Source: Thermodesulfobacteriota bacterium (GTDB taxonomy: Bacteria > Desulfobacterota > Desulfobulbia > Desulfobulbales > SURF-16). From it: a DNA stretch of 64,000 nucleotides. The notes beneath the pieces are model-generated. The model saw nothing but the letters and a program-made list of their open reading frames with translations, was not told where the DNA came from and made no database searches. Where the stretch lies: NCBI GenBank assembly GCA_040755455.1, contig JBFMAY010000018.1, positions 3,303 through 67,302 on the forward strand, read 5' to 3'. A program made the translations under genes and the position numbers. Of this stretch, positions 8,686 through 17,593 are shown piece after piece. The stretch's first letter is position 1. Each line of letters begins with the position of its first letter.

Positions 8686-9513
8686 ATGAAACTACGAAAA
8701 GCCCTTGATAAAGCAAATAAGGAACGGCAGGAAAATTTTGGGGATGCGCCTGAAGAGATGGATGAACTGCAGGGCTTTGATGGTGACGTGCCGGAACCTG
8801 TTGCGCCTCTGAAGGGTGGTGTCTGGCAGGCGCCCGTGTATTCAGAATCTGTGTCGGTGAGGCTTGATCCGCAAAAGCTGATAAAAAATCGCTGCATCTG
8901 TATTTCCTCTGATGCCCCGGAACTCGATGCATTCAAGGTGTTGCGGACCCAGATCCTGCAACGCACCAGAGAGCAGGGCATGAACACCATTATGGTGACC
9001 AGCGTCAAGCCGGGAGAGGGGAAGACGGTGACCGCCATCAATCTGGCCCTGACCTTTGCCAGGGAATATCAGCAGACGGTCCTGCTGGTTGACTGCGACC
9101 TGAAAAAACAGGATATCCACCATTATCTTGAATTTTCCAGCGACAGGGGCCTGATTGACTACCTGGAATATGACATGCCTTTAAAAGACTTTATCATTTG
9201 GCCGGGAATTGAGAAACTGACCCTGATTTCCGGGGGCCGAACCGTATCGGACAGCACGGAGCTGCTCGGTTCGCCGAAGATGAAGAAGTTGCTGGCGGAA
9301 ATGAAAAACCGCTATGATGACCGTTATGTTATCCTTGACGTTCCGGCAGTCCTCGATGGAGCTGATGCCATGGTTTTTGCCCCGCTGGTGGACGGTATTG
9401 TCATGGTGGTGGAAAAAGGCGTCACATCGCTCAGTGATGTCAAAAAGGCTGTGGAGCTGATGCCCAGGGAGAAATTCCTCGGCTTTGTACTCAACGATCG
9501 TAGCGGGGCGTAA
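8686..9513 (+). CDS. exopolysaccharide tyrosine-autokinase-like P-loop ATPase (CpsD/CapB/MinD fold)
   Basis: Walker A VTSVKPGEGKTVTAINLA, Walker A-prime LLVDCDL, Walker B YVILDVP. 275 aa. Confidence 0.85.
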   Translation: MKLRKALDKANKERQENFGDAPEEMDELQGFDGDVPEPVAPLKGGVWQAPVYSESVSVRLDPQKLIKNRCICISSDAPELDAFKVLRTQILQRTREQGMNTIMVTSVKPGEGKTVTAINLALTFAREYQQTVLLVDCDLKKQDIHHYLEFSSDRGLIDYLEYDMPLKDFIIWPGIEKLTLISGGRTVSDSTELLGSPKMKKLLAEMKNRYDDRYVILDVPAVLDGADAMVFAPLVDGIVMVVEKGVTSLSDVKKAVELMPREKFLGFVLNDRSGA

Positions 9514-9601
9514 CCGTTATTTATTTGCTGGCATGCAGGCCGGCAATTGATGCCGACGCTCTCTTATCCATCTTTACTTTCCGGCAAAGCCGCTTCCGCC
9601 T

Positions 9602-10801
9602 ATGTATGAAAAGTTTTACGGTCTTTCCGAAAAACCGTTCCATATTGTCCCTAATCCCCATTTTCTCTATCTCAGCGCCAAGCATCAGCATGCCCTGACC
9701 TATCTTGAGTACGGCATCCGCGAGGGGATGGGCTTTATCCTGCTCACCGGGGAAATCGGCACCGGCAAGACAACCCTTATCCGCCATATGCTGAATCACA
9801 TCGAGGCGGAAATCGAGGTGGCGGTGATCTTTAACACTAATGTAACCGCCAACCAGCTGCTCAGTCTGATACTCCAGGAATTTGAACTGGAAGCCGATGG
9901 GGCGGATAAGGCAAGAAATCTTGACCGGATCTATCAGTTTCTCATCCAAAAATATGCAAGGAGGAGCCGGGTTCTGCTGATTATTGATGAGGCCCAGAAC
10001 CTGTCGGACGAGGTGTTGGAAGAGGTGCGCATGCTTTCCAACCTGCAGGCCGATGACACCCTGTTGCTGCAGATCATGCTGGTCGGCCAGCCGGAGTTGA
10101 AGGCCAAACTGAAAAGGCCCGGACTTGCCCAGCTCACCCAGCGTATCGCGGTCAATTATCACCTGATGCCGTTGAACAGAGAGGAGACAGGGGTCTACAT
10201 CGCCTCGCGGCTGGAGAAGGTGGGAGGTGATCCTGAGCTGTTCAGCCAGGAAGCGGTGGAAGAAATTTACCGTGCCTCAAACGGTACGCCGCGCTCGATC
10301 AACCTGCTCTGTGATTCGGCCCTGGTCTATGGTTTTGCCGACGAGCTGCAAAGGATAGATAAGGATGTTGTTCTGCAGGTTCTTGCAGATAAAGGCGATC
10401 TTGCCTGGGTGATGGAACCCCAGGCTGCTGTAACGCCACTGCCTGCCCAGGATGAAGCCGTCCGCCACGAATTTGCCGAACTGGCCCAGCGGATGGCGAC
10501 TTTGGAGAAGCAGGTGCAGGAGCTCCGTTTCCAGCTCTCCCTGCAGCATGAGGAGTTGGAAAGACATGGCGGGGGATTTAAGGATGAGATCGTCCGTCAG
10601 CTTACCGTTCAGCTTGAGCAGGAGCGCAAAAAAAGCGAGAAATTGCTGCTCGAGTACGGTCGGGTCAAGGAACGGCTGCGGTGGCTGGAAGGGGGCAGCG
10701 CCATGCCGCCGGACTCCGCCGCCACTGATGCCTCGGATGCCAAGCCGTCCGCTTCTGGTAAAAAGGCAAAAAAAACTTCCTGGTTTTCATTTCGTTTTTA
10801 G
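9602..10801 (+). CDS. AAA ATPase of the ExeA/GspA-like, PEP-CTERM-locus secretion ATPase type
   Basis: Walker A LLTGEIGTGKTTL, Walker B LLIIDEAQNL, followed by a coiled-coil, Lys-rich C-terminus. Confidence 0.85.
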   Translation: MYEKFYGLSEKPFHIVPNPHFLYLSAKHQHALTYLEYGIREGMGFILLTGEIGTGKTTLIRHMLNHIEAEIEVAVIFNTNVTANQLLSLILQEFELEADGADKARNLDRIYQFLIQKYARRSRVLLIIDEAQNLSDEVLEEVRMLSNLQADDTLLLQIMLVGQPELKAKLKRPGLAQLTQRIAVNYHLMPLNREETGVYIASRLEKVGGDPELFSQEAVEEIYRASNGTPRSINLLCDSALVYGFADELQRIDKDVVLQVLADKGDLAWVMEPQAAVTPLPAQDEAVRHEFAELAQRMATLEKQVQELRFQLSLQHEELERHGGGFKDEIVRQLTVQLEQERKKSEKLLLEYGRVKERLRWLEGGSAMPPDSAATDASDAKPSASGKKAKKTSWFSFRF

Positions 10802-10905
10802 GAGCTGTTACGAAATAACCGCCTCATTTTTGAGCATTTCGTTACGGCTCCTGATGCCATCTCTGACAACAGACGATGTATTATTTTATTGCAACGGTTT
10901 AGCAA
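10800..10905. repeat. copy B of the hairpin-containing intergenic repeat
   Basis: Stem AGGAGCTGTTACGAAAT / ATTTCGTTACGGCTCCT, with the same flanking blocks as copy A. It starts on the stop codon of the ATPase gene and ends 6 nt before the bioH-like ATG. Confidence 0.8.
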
Positions 10906-10911
10906 GCTTTC

Positions 10912-11589
10912 ATGGGCTTTTCTCTTTCTTCTTCAACGCAACCAGGCGGCATTCCATTGCTTTTTCTGCCCGGCTGGGGTTTTGATGCCCGGCTGGTCAA
11001 GCTGTATCGTTTGTTTGCCGGCCGATGCCTGATTCTGCCCGAATCCTTTGTTGATCCTGCCTGTTTTGCCGTTGAACTGCAGGCCTTTTTGCAGAGCGAG
11101 AACATAGCAAAAATTGCCATAGTGGGCTGGTCCATGGGGGCCCAGATCGGGCTGGACTTCTGCCTGGCCCATGCCCATCTGGTGGCGCAACTTGATCTTG
11201 TTGCCATGCGCAGCCGCTGGCCGCCGCCAGAGATTGCCGCGATCCGCACCGCAATTGCTGCGGATTTGCCGGGATATATGCGGGGCTTTTACCGGAAATG
11301 TTTTTTAGGATACAAAAAGTCGTTTCATGATTTTGTTCTTGCCCTGCAGGATGATTATCTGCGGAAACTGGACAGGGAAATTCTTGTGGCAGGGCTTGAT
11401 TATTTGCAGAACTTTACCCCCCCGGCCCGTGTGCCGGGGGCAGTCGCTGTGCGTATGATTCATGGCCGCCAGGATGTGGTGGCGCCAGTAGGGGAAATGG
11501 TGCGGCTTGCCGGCGCAGCCTGTGAAGTTTTTCCCCATGCCGGCCACATGGTGCTGCTTGACCTTCAGAAGAAACATCAGGATGACTGA
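10912..11589 (+). CDS. alpha/beta hydrolase, BioH-like pimeloyl-ACP methyl ester esterase candidate
   Basis: Nucleophile elbow GWSMGA, LLFLPGWG oxyanion region, C-terminal HAGHM. Immediately upstream of bioC and bioD and overlapping bioC. Confidence 0.7.
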   Translation: MGFSLSSSTQPGGIPLLFLPGWGFDARLVKLYRLFAGRCLILPESFVDPACFAVELQAFLQSENIAKIAIVGWSMGAQIGLDFCLAHAHLVAQLDLVAMRSRWPPPEIAAIRTAIAADLPGYMRGFYRKCFLGYKKSFHDFVLALQDDYLRKLDREILVAGLDYLQNFTPPARVPGAVAVRMIHGRQDVVAPVGEMVRLAGAACEVFPHAGHMVLLDLQKKHQDD

Positions 11590-12379
11590 AGAGAGAAAAA
11601 AGGCGATTTGCCGGCGTTTTTCCAAGGCGGCGGCAACCTATGACGAGTATGCCCTGGTGCAGAAGGAAAGCGCCGTCAGGCTTGCCACATGCCTGCCGGA
11701 GAATTTTTCTGCCGTCCAGATACTGGAAATTGGCTGCGGAACCGGCAATTATACGGCAAAGCTTGCGGCGCGCTTCCCCCAGGCGCATCTCACGGCCCTG
11801 GATTTTTCCGCTGCCATGGTCGAGCAGGCCGGCAAGAAATGTCTGGCCCATGCCGCCGTTTCTTTTCGGTGCGAAGACGGGGAGCAATTTCTGGCCCAAA
11901 ACAGGCGGCAGTTTGATCTGATCACCAGCAATGCCACTATGCAGTGGTTTGATGATCTGCCCCGGGCCTTTTCCCATGTGGCACGAAGCCTCGCTCCAAC
12001 CGGCATTTTTCTCGCCTCGCTTTTTGGCCCGCTAACCCTGCATGAGCTGGCGGCAGCGCTGGCCGAAGTTGTTGATGAATCAGCGCAATTGCCGGCCGGG
12101 CAATTCCCGGACGGGGTAAAACTCCAGCAGCAGCTTCGCCCATGCTTTGGCCGGGTGGAAATAGCGGAAGGCATCTACCGGCGGAGTTATTTGTCCTTGC
12201 AGGACCTTTTCCGCCACATCAGAAAAACCGGCACCGGCGGCTACCATTCCACCCTGCCGTTGTTGACCAGGGGCAGGCTGAAAGGACTTGATGAGTGGTT
12301 CTGCCGTCACGGAGGCTTTGCGGTGTCCTATCAGGTTTTTTTTGTCATAGCAGCCATGCCCAAACAGGAGCAAAAATGA
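11582..12379 (+). CDS. bioC: malonyl-ACP O-methyltransferase BioC
   Basis: N-terminus MTEERKKAICRRFSKAAATYDEYALVQ, SAM motif ILEIGCGTGNYT, and QWF motif. ATG at 11582 overlaps the upstream stop. The track start at 11507 lies inside the upstream gene. Confidence 0.85.
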   Translation: MTEERKKAICRRFSKAAATYDEYALVQKESAVRLATCLPENFSAVQILEIGCGTGNYTAKLAARFPQAHLTALDFSAAMVEQAGKKCLAHAAVSFRCEDGEQFLAQNRRQFDLITSNATMQWFDDLPRAFSHVARSLAPTGIFLASLFGPLTLHELAAALAEVVDESAQLPAGQFPDGVKLQQQLRPCFGRVEIAEGIYRRSYLSLQDLFRHIRKTGTGGYHSTLPLLTRGRLKGLDEWFCRHGGFAVSYQVFFVIAAMPKQEQK

Positions 12380-13110
12380 TGAGGCAACCCATGGCCGCCA
12401 ATGCCGTCTTTATTACCGCAACCGGAACCGGGGTGGGGAAAACCCTTGTCAGCTCCCTGCTCCTCGGTTTTCTGCGGAAACAGGGGGTAAAGGCAGGGTA
12501 CCAGAAATGGGTCAGCACCGGGGGCGCGATGCCCGAGGACCTGCTCTATTGCCTGCGAAAAAATGATATGGAGTTTGCCCGGGGGCAACTTGACCGCCAG
12601 GTTGTCTATCGTTTCCTCCTGCCGGCTTCCCCGCATCTGGCCGCTGAAAATGAGGGCAGGCAGATTGATCCCGGGCGCATAAATGAGGCATTTGGCCAAT
12701 CTGCCAAAGAATATGATGTGCTGGTGGTGGAGGGGGTCGGCGGGGTGCTGGTGCCGCTGCGCCGTGATCTGCTGCTGGCGGATTTCCTCACCGGCCTGCA
12801 GTTGCCGTCCCTTATTGTGGCCCACAGCGGGCTGGGCACCATCAATCATACCCTGTTGACCATTGAGGCCATGCGGCAAAGGGACTTGCCCGTGCTTGGC
12901 GTGGTATTTTCCGATGAACAAGAGGGGATGGCGGTGGATGATCCGCTGGTGGCTGATAATATGCGGACCATAGCTGACATGGCCGGGGTGGAGGTTTTCG
13001 GCCGGTTGTTGCGCCTTGCTGATTACACCCTGCTAGAGAAGGCCTTTCAGCCGGTCGGGCAAGCGATCTGGCAGAGATTGCCTTGGCTGGCAGAGGCGCA
13101 GCAAAGATAG
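12376..13110 (+). CDS. bioD: dethiobiotin synthetase BioD
   Basis: P-loop FITATGTGVGKT, VVEGVGG and SGLGTINHTLLT motifs. ATGA overlap with bioC at 12376-12379. Confidence 0.88.
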   Translation: MMRQPMAANAVFITATGTGVGKTLVSSLLLGFLRKQGVKAGYQKWVSTGGAMPEDLLYCLRKNDMEFARGQLDRQVVYRFLLPASPHLAAENEGRQIDPGRINEAFGQSAKEYDVLVVEGVGGVLVPLRRDLLLADFLTGLQLPSLIVAHSGLGTINHTLLTIEAMRQRDLPVLGVVFSDEQEGMAVDDPLVADNMRTIADMAGVEVFGRLLRLADYTLLEKAFQPVGQAIWQRLPWLAEAQQR

Positions 13111-13151
13111 GCGAAGCGGCTCTGCCAGCTTTGTGTTGCCGAGGTTTTTCG

Positions 13152-13364
13152 CTAACCTCTTTTCTCCGGGACGCCGAGGGCCTTGAGGATCAGGCCCAGG
13201 GGGCAGATCTTCGAGAAGCCGAACTGCAGGAGATTGGCGCCGACAAAGGCGGTGAACCAGAGCCAGTATGTGCTTATGAAAACAGGGCTGGCCTCCACCC
13301 CCAGGGCTAGACTCAGCAGGATGAAAAAACCTGCAATGGCATGGATCCAGTCTGTGACAATCAT
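13152..13364 (-). CDS. small two-TM membrane protein, DUF2892 (YgaP-like) type
   Basis: 70 aa with two hydrophobic helices and a C-terminal F..ICPL..ILK motif typical of DUF2892. Confidence 0.6.
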   Translation of the reverse strand: MIVTDWIHAIAGFFILLSLALGVEASPVFISTYWLWFTAFVGANLLQFGFSKICPLGLILKALGVPEKRG

Positions 13365-13509
13365 GATGTTCTCCTTCCTCTTGTTTCACGCTGTGGGTGA
13401 GTTTTTTTAAAGACCAACCCCACTGCCTGGGCATTGGTGTTGTCCTGAAATCGGCCGGCACAAAGTAGAACCGTTAGAGCCGTAAAAGAAATTTCCTCCG
13501 ATTCTCAGG

Positions 13510-14304
13510 TTATTTGTGGACTTCCCGTGGCGGTTTGCGCAGGTACTGCTCGGTAAAGATGGATGGATCAAGGGCAAGATCATAGGTGATATTGGTAAAT
13601 TCCGTAACCGTTTCACCGCCGCTGGTGAAATCCTGCACCCTGGATTTGGTCACGGTGGGATGACCCTGGATATCCTCGACTTCCAATGCCTCAATAACCC
13701 GGTATGGCTTATCTGCCTTGTCGGCGTATTCCGCCTTCATGGGCAGATAGGTCTTTTTGTCAATCCAGAGCCGGTAGGAAGAAAACTCCACTGAAACGGG
13801 ATCCTTCGGGGTATTCTTCACAATATAAAATTTTTCCCCATCTTCCTGCAGCGCATGGTTGTCATCGTTGACGCGGCGGCCGGTGATATCTTCATAAAAG
13901 CAATGCGAGCCCATGAAACTGGTCCGTTTATCCGAGGAGGCAATCCTTTTTACCTCATCAAGGTCGGGGAGGTACAGCCAGCGGACATCATCTTTGTCCG
14001 TATATTTGTGGACGAGCAAAACGGTTTTGCGGATATCGCCGGGCTTTCTGAAGAAGACATAGAACTGCTGATTGCCGCCATCCTTGTCATCACGGCGCAG
14101 CATGACAAATTCCCGGTTCCCGGTTCGGCCCTGGGAGTCTGTAATGGTCATGGCAACAAGCGCTTTGCCGTCTTTGCCTGCATAATAGGCAGCCTTATTG
14201 GCCTTATCTACGATCTCATCAACATTCGGCGCAGCATATGCCCATGTTGCAGCAGAGAAGAAAATGGTTGCCAGGGGAAGAAAGGAAAATTTCTTGTTCA
14301 TCAT
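13510..14304 (-). CDS. outer-membrane lipoprotein-sorting (LolA-like fold) periplasmic protein
   Basis: Signal peptide MMNKKFSFLPLATIFFSAATWAYA. Motifs DEIVDKANKAAYY, FYVFF..P.D and RWLYLP are typical of the LolA-like family. GAGGAG precedes the ATG at 14304. Confidence 0.7.
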   Translation of the reverse strand: MMNKKFSFLPLATIFFSAATWAYAAPNVDEIVDKANKAAYYAGKDGKALVAMTITDSQGRTGNREFVMLRRDDKDGGNQQFYVFFRKPGDIRKTVLLVHKYTDKDDVRWLYLPDLDEVKRIASSDKRTSFMGSHCFYEDITGRRVNDDNHALQEDGEKFYIVKNTPKDPVSVEFSSYRLWIDKKTYLPMKAEYADKADKPYRVIEALEVEDIQGHPTVTKSRVQDFTSGGETVTEFTNITYDLALDPSIFTEQYLRKPPREVHK

Positions 14305-14470
14305 TGGTGCTCCTCTGTTAATTTGTCTTTCGTTGTTCATTTTTGAAAAGCAATTTTTGCTGGAGTGTCAGGATCGCCCGGGGCAATGGCCAGGGGGCAA
14401 GGACCTGGGATGTGTTTGCCTGCTTCTGCAGCGGTCATTTAACCGGAAGCGGGTGGGAACGGGGCAGTCG

Positions 14471-14764
14471 CTAACCGATGGCCTCCTGGCAGAAAAGAGT
14501 GCGCAGGATTTGCATCAGCTGCAGGATGCGCGGGTCATTAATGCGGTTATAGATAAAGTTGGCGTCTTTGCGGAAGGAGATAATCCCCTGGTTGCGCAAT
14601 ATGGACAGATGCTGTGAAACATTGGCATTTGTTGTCTTTACTTCTGCGCGGAGATCGCCCACGGTCATTTCCCGGTCCTGCAGCAGGCAGAGAATTTTCA
14701 GTCTGATGGGATGGGACATCGTTTTCAGCAGTCCGGCAATGGATTCAATATGTTCAGTTTGCAT
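14471..14764 (-). CDS. ArsR/SmtB-family transcriptional regulator
   Basis: 97 aa. HPIRLKILCLL...MTVGDL....TTNANVSQHLSILRNQGII is a winged helix-turn-helix of ArsR type. Confidence 0.88.
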   Translation of the reverse strand: MQTEHIESIAGLLKTMSHPIRLKILCLLQDREMTVGDLRAEVKTTNANVSQHLSILRNQGIISFRKDANFIYNRINDPRILQLMQILRTLFCQEAIG

Positions 14765-14788
14765 TGGCTAGCCGATAATGAAATGTTT

Positions 14789-14800
14789 AATTAGCTAATT
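14789..14800. promoter_or_regulatory. perfect 12-bp palindrome AATTAGCTAATT just upstream of the arsR-family gene; candidate autoregulatory operator
   Basis: Read directly, 25 nt upstream of the ATG at 14764. ArsR/SmtB repressors typically bind AT-rich dyads overlapping their own promoters. Confidence 0.35.
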
Positions 14801-14851
14801 TTATTTCTTTTTGGTGGCCCTCATGTAAAGAGTGGGCTTTTTAGAAAATCA

Positions 14852-15643
14852 TTATATGCTTAAGCTTACTTTGGTGTCCAGCCCAAGTTTTAATTTTTCA
14901 GCAGCATTTCCCTGGTAGATGCCGATCTCGAGCAGGTCACGGCTGCCGAATAGGGCAACCGGCCTGTCAATGGCCACCGCACTGTACGCCGTGGCGACCC
15001 CGTGGATTGTCAATGCGCCAACCCTCACCCGCAGGTTTTGAAAGTTAGCGGAACAGAATCGGCTGGCGACCTCTCTGCTGATATTGGTGATGAGGTTGCC
15101 GAAGTGGTCGATGTCCGTCACCGTCCCGCACAGGGTGGTGCCGCAAAGTGAGGGAGCCGGCGAGGCAAGGCTGACCAGTGATTCCCGGGCGATTTCAGGT
15201 CCGGTGCCGTGGGGCGGGAAGTTGCAGGCAAGATGGGCCGCCACCGGGGCGAAGATATCCCGGCCATGAAAGGTGTGGCTGACCGGTGCAAGAAACAGGT
15301 CGCTGTTGCTTACCGCGTAAACCTTGCCGGTTTGCGGGAAGAGAAGACTTGTCACACCGTTATCCGGCGCCAAGAAAAGATGGCCGCGGGCTTCGCGCAG
15401 GATGATGCGGCGGCTGCCGCCCACCCCTGGGTCAACCACCACAACATGGATGGTGCCCGGCGGGAAATAGCTGAATGCCGAGGCAATAATCTGTGCCGCC
15501 TGCCGTACATCCTGGGGCCTGATACCGTGGGTGATATCCACAATCCTTGCGGCAGGGCACCTGCTGTAAATAACTCCTTTCATAACCCCGACATATTCGT
15601 CGCGTAAGCCGAAATCTGTGGTTAATGTTATCAGCGGCGTCAT
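14852..15643 (-). CDS. S-adenosyl-L-methionine hydroxide adenosyltransferase (DUF62 / SAM hydrolase family)
   Basis: N-terminus LITLTTDFGLRDEYVGVMKGVI and VVDPGVG are family signatures. Confidence 0.85.
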   Translation of the reverse strand: MTPLITLTTDFGLRDEYVGVMKGVIYSRCPAARIVDITHGIRPQDVRQAAQIIASAFSYFPPGTIHVVVVDPGVGGSRRIILREARGHLFLAPDNGVTSLLFPQTGKVYAVSNSDLFLAPVSHTFHGRDIFAPVAAHLACNFPPHGTGPEIARESLVSLASPAPSLCGTTLCGTVTDIDHFGNLITNISREVASRFCSANFQNLRVRVGALTIHGVATAYSAVAIDRPVALFGSRDLLEIGIYQGNAAEKLKLGLDTKVSLSI

Positions 15644-15658
15644 GGTCTGCGGTTCCTG

Positions 15659-16570
15659 TCATTGGGCCAGCCGGCTTACCCCGACAAGTTGAACCTGGCC
15701 GTGCAGTTTGGTCCGGTATTGTCTGAGGGCATCAAGGGTTGCCTGGTGCGGGTGACCGATGGCGATGGCTGACCCTCTCTGCCTGGCAAGACTGATCAAC
15801 GTATCGAGCTGTTTCATCACCTGCTGCGCGTTCTGGCTGTTGTCGATAAAAATATCCCTCTGGGCTGTTTTCAGCCCCATCTCTTTTGCCATGGCAAAAC
15901 CGACTGATCCGGCTGAGGTGAGGCTGTCCAGGAAAAAAAGATTGTTCTCCTTGAGCAGAGCAAGGCACGCCCGCATGGCGGCGCGGTTCTCGGTGAAGCT
16001 GGAACCCATGTGATTGTTGACGCCTATGGCATGGGGCACTGCGGCGATATCCCTGGCAAGGGTTGCCTGGATTTGCTTGCCGCTCATGCGGGTCAACAGG
16101 GCGCCGGTACCCGGGGTCCATTTGCTGTCCTGTGGTTCCATGGGCAGATGGAGAAGAATATCCCGGTTTTTTCGCCGGGCCTCGGCCAATTGGGTGGCGG
16201 TGTTGGGGCCGAAAGGCAGAAAGGCAAACGACAGGTTCAGATCAAGGGCGAGGAGGTCGGCGCAGATGCCATCCTTAAACCCCATGTCGTCAATGATGAT
16301 GCTGACCAGGGGCAACGGAACGGCATTTGGCGATTTTTGGGCAGGAACCGTGGTGGCCGGGGGCGAAATGGCAGGTTTCTCAGGCACAACGGCCGGCCTT
16401 TTTTGTGGGACCGTGGCCAGCGGCGGGGAGAGACGCTTGATGGTGCCCGGCCGCAGCAAAACAAGATAAACGGTGGCCCCGATGCTGCACAGCACGAGCA
16501 GAAAAAGGGTAATCCACAGCAGCGGGCCCTTTTTGCCTCGTTTTTTTCTGGCAGTTTTTTTTCTGGCCAT
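15659..16570 (-). CDS. divergent polysaccharide deacetylase (YibQ family), membrane anchored
   Basis: Basic N-terminus plus TM. Motifs VSIIIDDMG, FLPFGP, LLHLPME, GVNNHMGS and IGHPH. Confidence 0.82.
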   Translation of the reverse strand: MARKKTARKKRGKKGPLLWITLFLLVLCSIGATVYLVLLRPGTIKRLSPPLATVPQKRPAVVPEKPAISPPATTVPAQKSPNAVPLPLVSIIIDDMGFKDGICADLLALDLNLSFAFLPFGPNTATQLAEARRKNRDILLHLPMEPQDSKWTPGTGALLTRMSGKQIQATLARDIAAVPHAIGVNNHMGSSFTENRAAMRACLALLKENNLFFLDSLTSAGSVGFAMAKEMGLKTAQRDIFIDNSQNAQQVMKQLDTLISLARQRGSAIAIGHPHQATLDALRQYRTKLHGQVQLVGVSRLAQ

Positions 16571-17593
16571 TTATTTCTGCCGGGTGAGCACGTAATGGGC
16601 CAGTCCTGACAGGATCCGGCGCGATTGGCAGTCGGGGAAAACGGCAAGTGCTGCTAATGCCGCTTCGACCAGCGCCTCAGCCCCCTGCCTGGCATAGGCG
16701 AAGCCGCCGTATTGTTCAATAACCTCATGCACCTCATCGATTTTTTCCGCCCGCACCGCGGCATCTCCCATGAGCAGATCCATCATGTGATCGCGCTCCC
16801 CGCCCGCACAGTTCTGCAAGGCATGAATCAAAGGCAGGGTCATCTTGCCTTCGACAAAATCGTTGCCGACGGCTTTGCCGGTTTTATTGGGATCGCCCTG
16901 GTAATCGAGGAGATCATCAATGACCTGAAAGGCAAGGCCCAGGGCATCGCCATAGCTGCGCAGGGCCTGCTGGTGCTCGTTGCCGCCTTCGGCAAAATAG
17001 GCGCCGACCTCGCAGGCCGCGCTGATGAGACAGCCGGTTTTGCCGCGCAGCACGGCAAAATAATTTTCCTCCGAAAGATTGCGCTCCTGCACGGTCTGCA
17101 TCTGCCGGAATTCGGCCTGGATCATGGCTGCGGTGGCGCTGCCGATGAGCGAGAGGGTATGGGGGTCACCCACGGTGCCTGCCATGGTCATGGCCCGGGT
17201 GTGCAGAAAATCACCGGCCAGGATGACTTGGGTGTTGCCCCAGACGCTGTTGGCCGAGGGTTTGCCCCGCCGTTTGCCGGCGTTATCAATCACATCATCA
17301 TGCAGCAGGCTTGCCCCGTGGAGAAATTCAAAAACAGCGGCCAGCCTGTACAGATTGACCGGCGGGGTCAGCTCATCCTCTGCCGCCAGCCCTTCGGGCA
17401 TGCGGGCAAAGGCGCACAGCCGGGCCGCCAGCACGGTCAGGACCGGCCGGATCCTTTTGCCGCCGTTGAAAAGGGCATATTCCAGAATTTGCTGAAGCCT
17501 TGCATCGCCGCATTGAGAGATCTCACTGCGCATGGTTGCATTTATTTGCTCGATATCCGGTTGCAGCAGGCTGAGCAGTTCATTTTTATCCAC
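16571..17593 (-). CDS. trans-polyprenyl diphosphate synthase (IspB/GGPPS family; chain length not determinable)
   Basis: First DDxxD region LLHDDVIDNAGKRRG and second DDLLD. A GTG start at 17593 is preceded by AGGAGA. The longer track ORF would overlap the helicase gene extensively. Confidence 0.85.
   Translation of the reverse strand: MDKNELLSLLQPDIEQINATMRSEISQCGDARLQQILEYALFNGGKRIRPVLTVLAARLCAFARMPEGLAAEDELTPPVNLYRLAAVFEFLHGASLLHDDVIDNAGKRRGKPSANSVWGNTQVILAGDFLHTRAMTMAGTVGDPHTLSLIGSATAAMIQAEFRQMQTVQERNLSEENYFAVLRGKTGCLISAACEVGAYFAEGGNEHQQALRSYGDALGLAFQVIDDLLDYQGDPNKTGKAVGNDFVEGKMTLPLIHALQNCAGGERDHMMDLLMGDAAVRAEKIDEVHEVIEQYGGFAYARQGAEALVEAALAALAVFPDCQSRRILSGLAHYVLTRQK

Noticed and set aside
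9521-10162. 213-aa minus-strand ORF opposite the ExeA-like ATPase
   Set aside because: It is antisense to a frame with clear Walker A and B motifs and has no motifs of its own.
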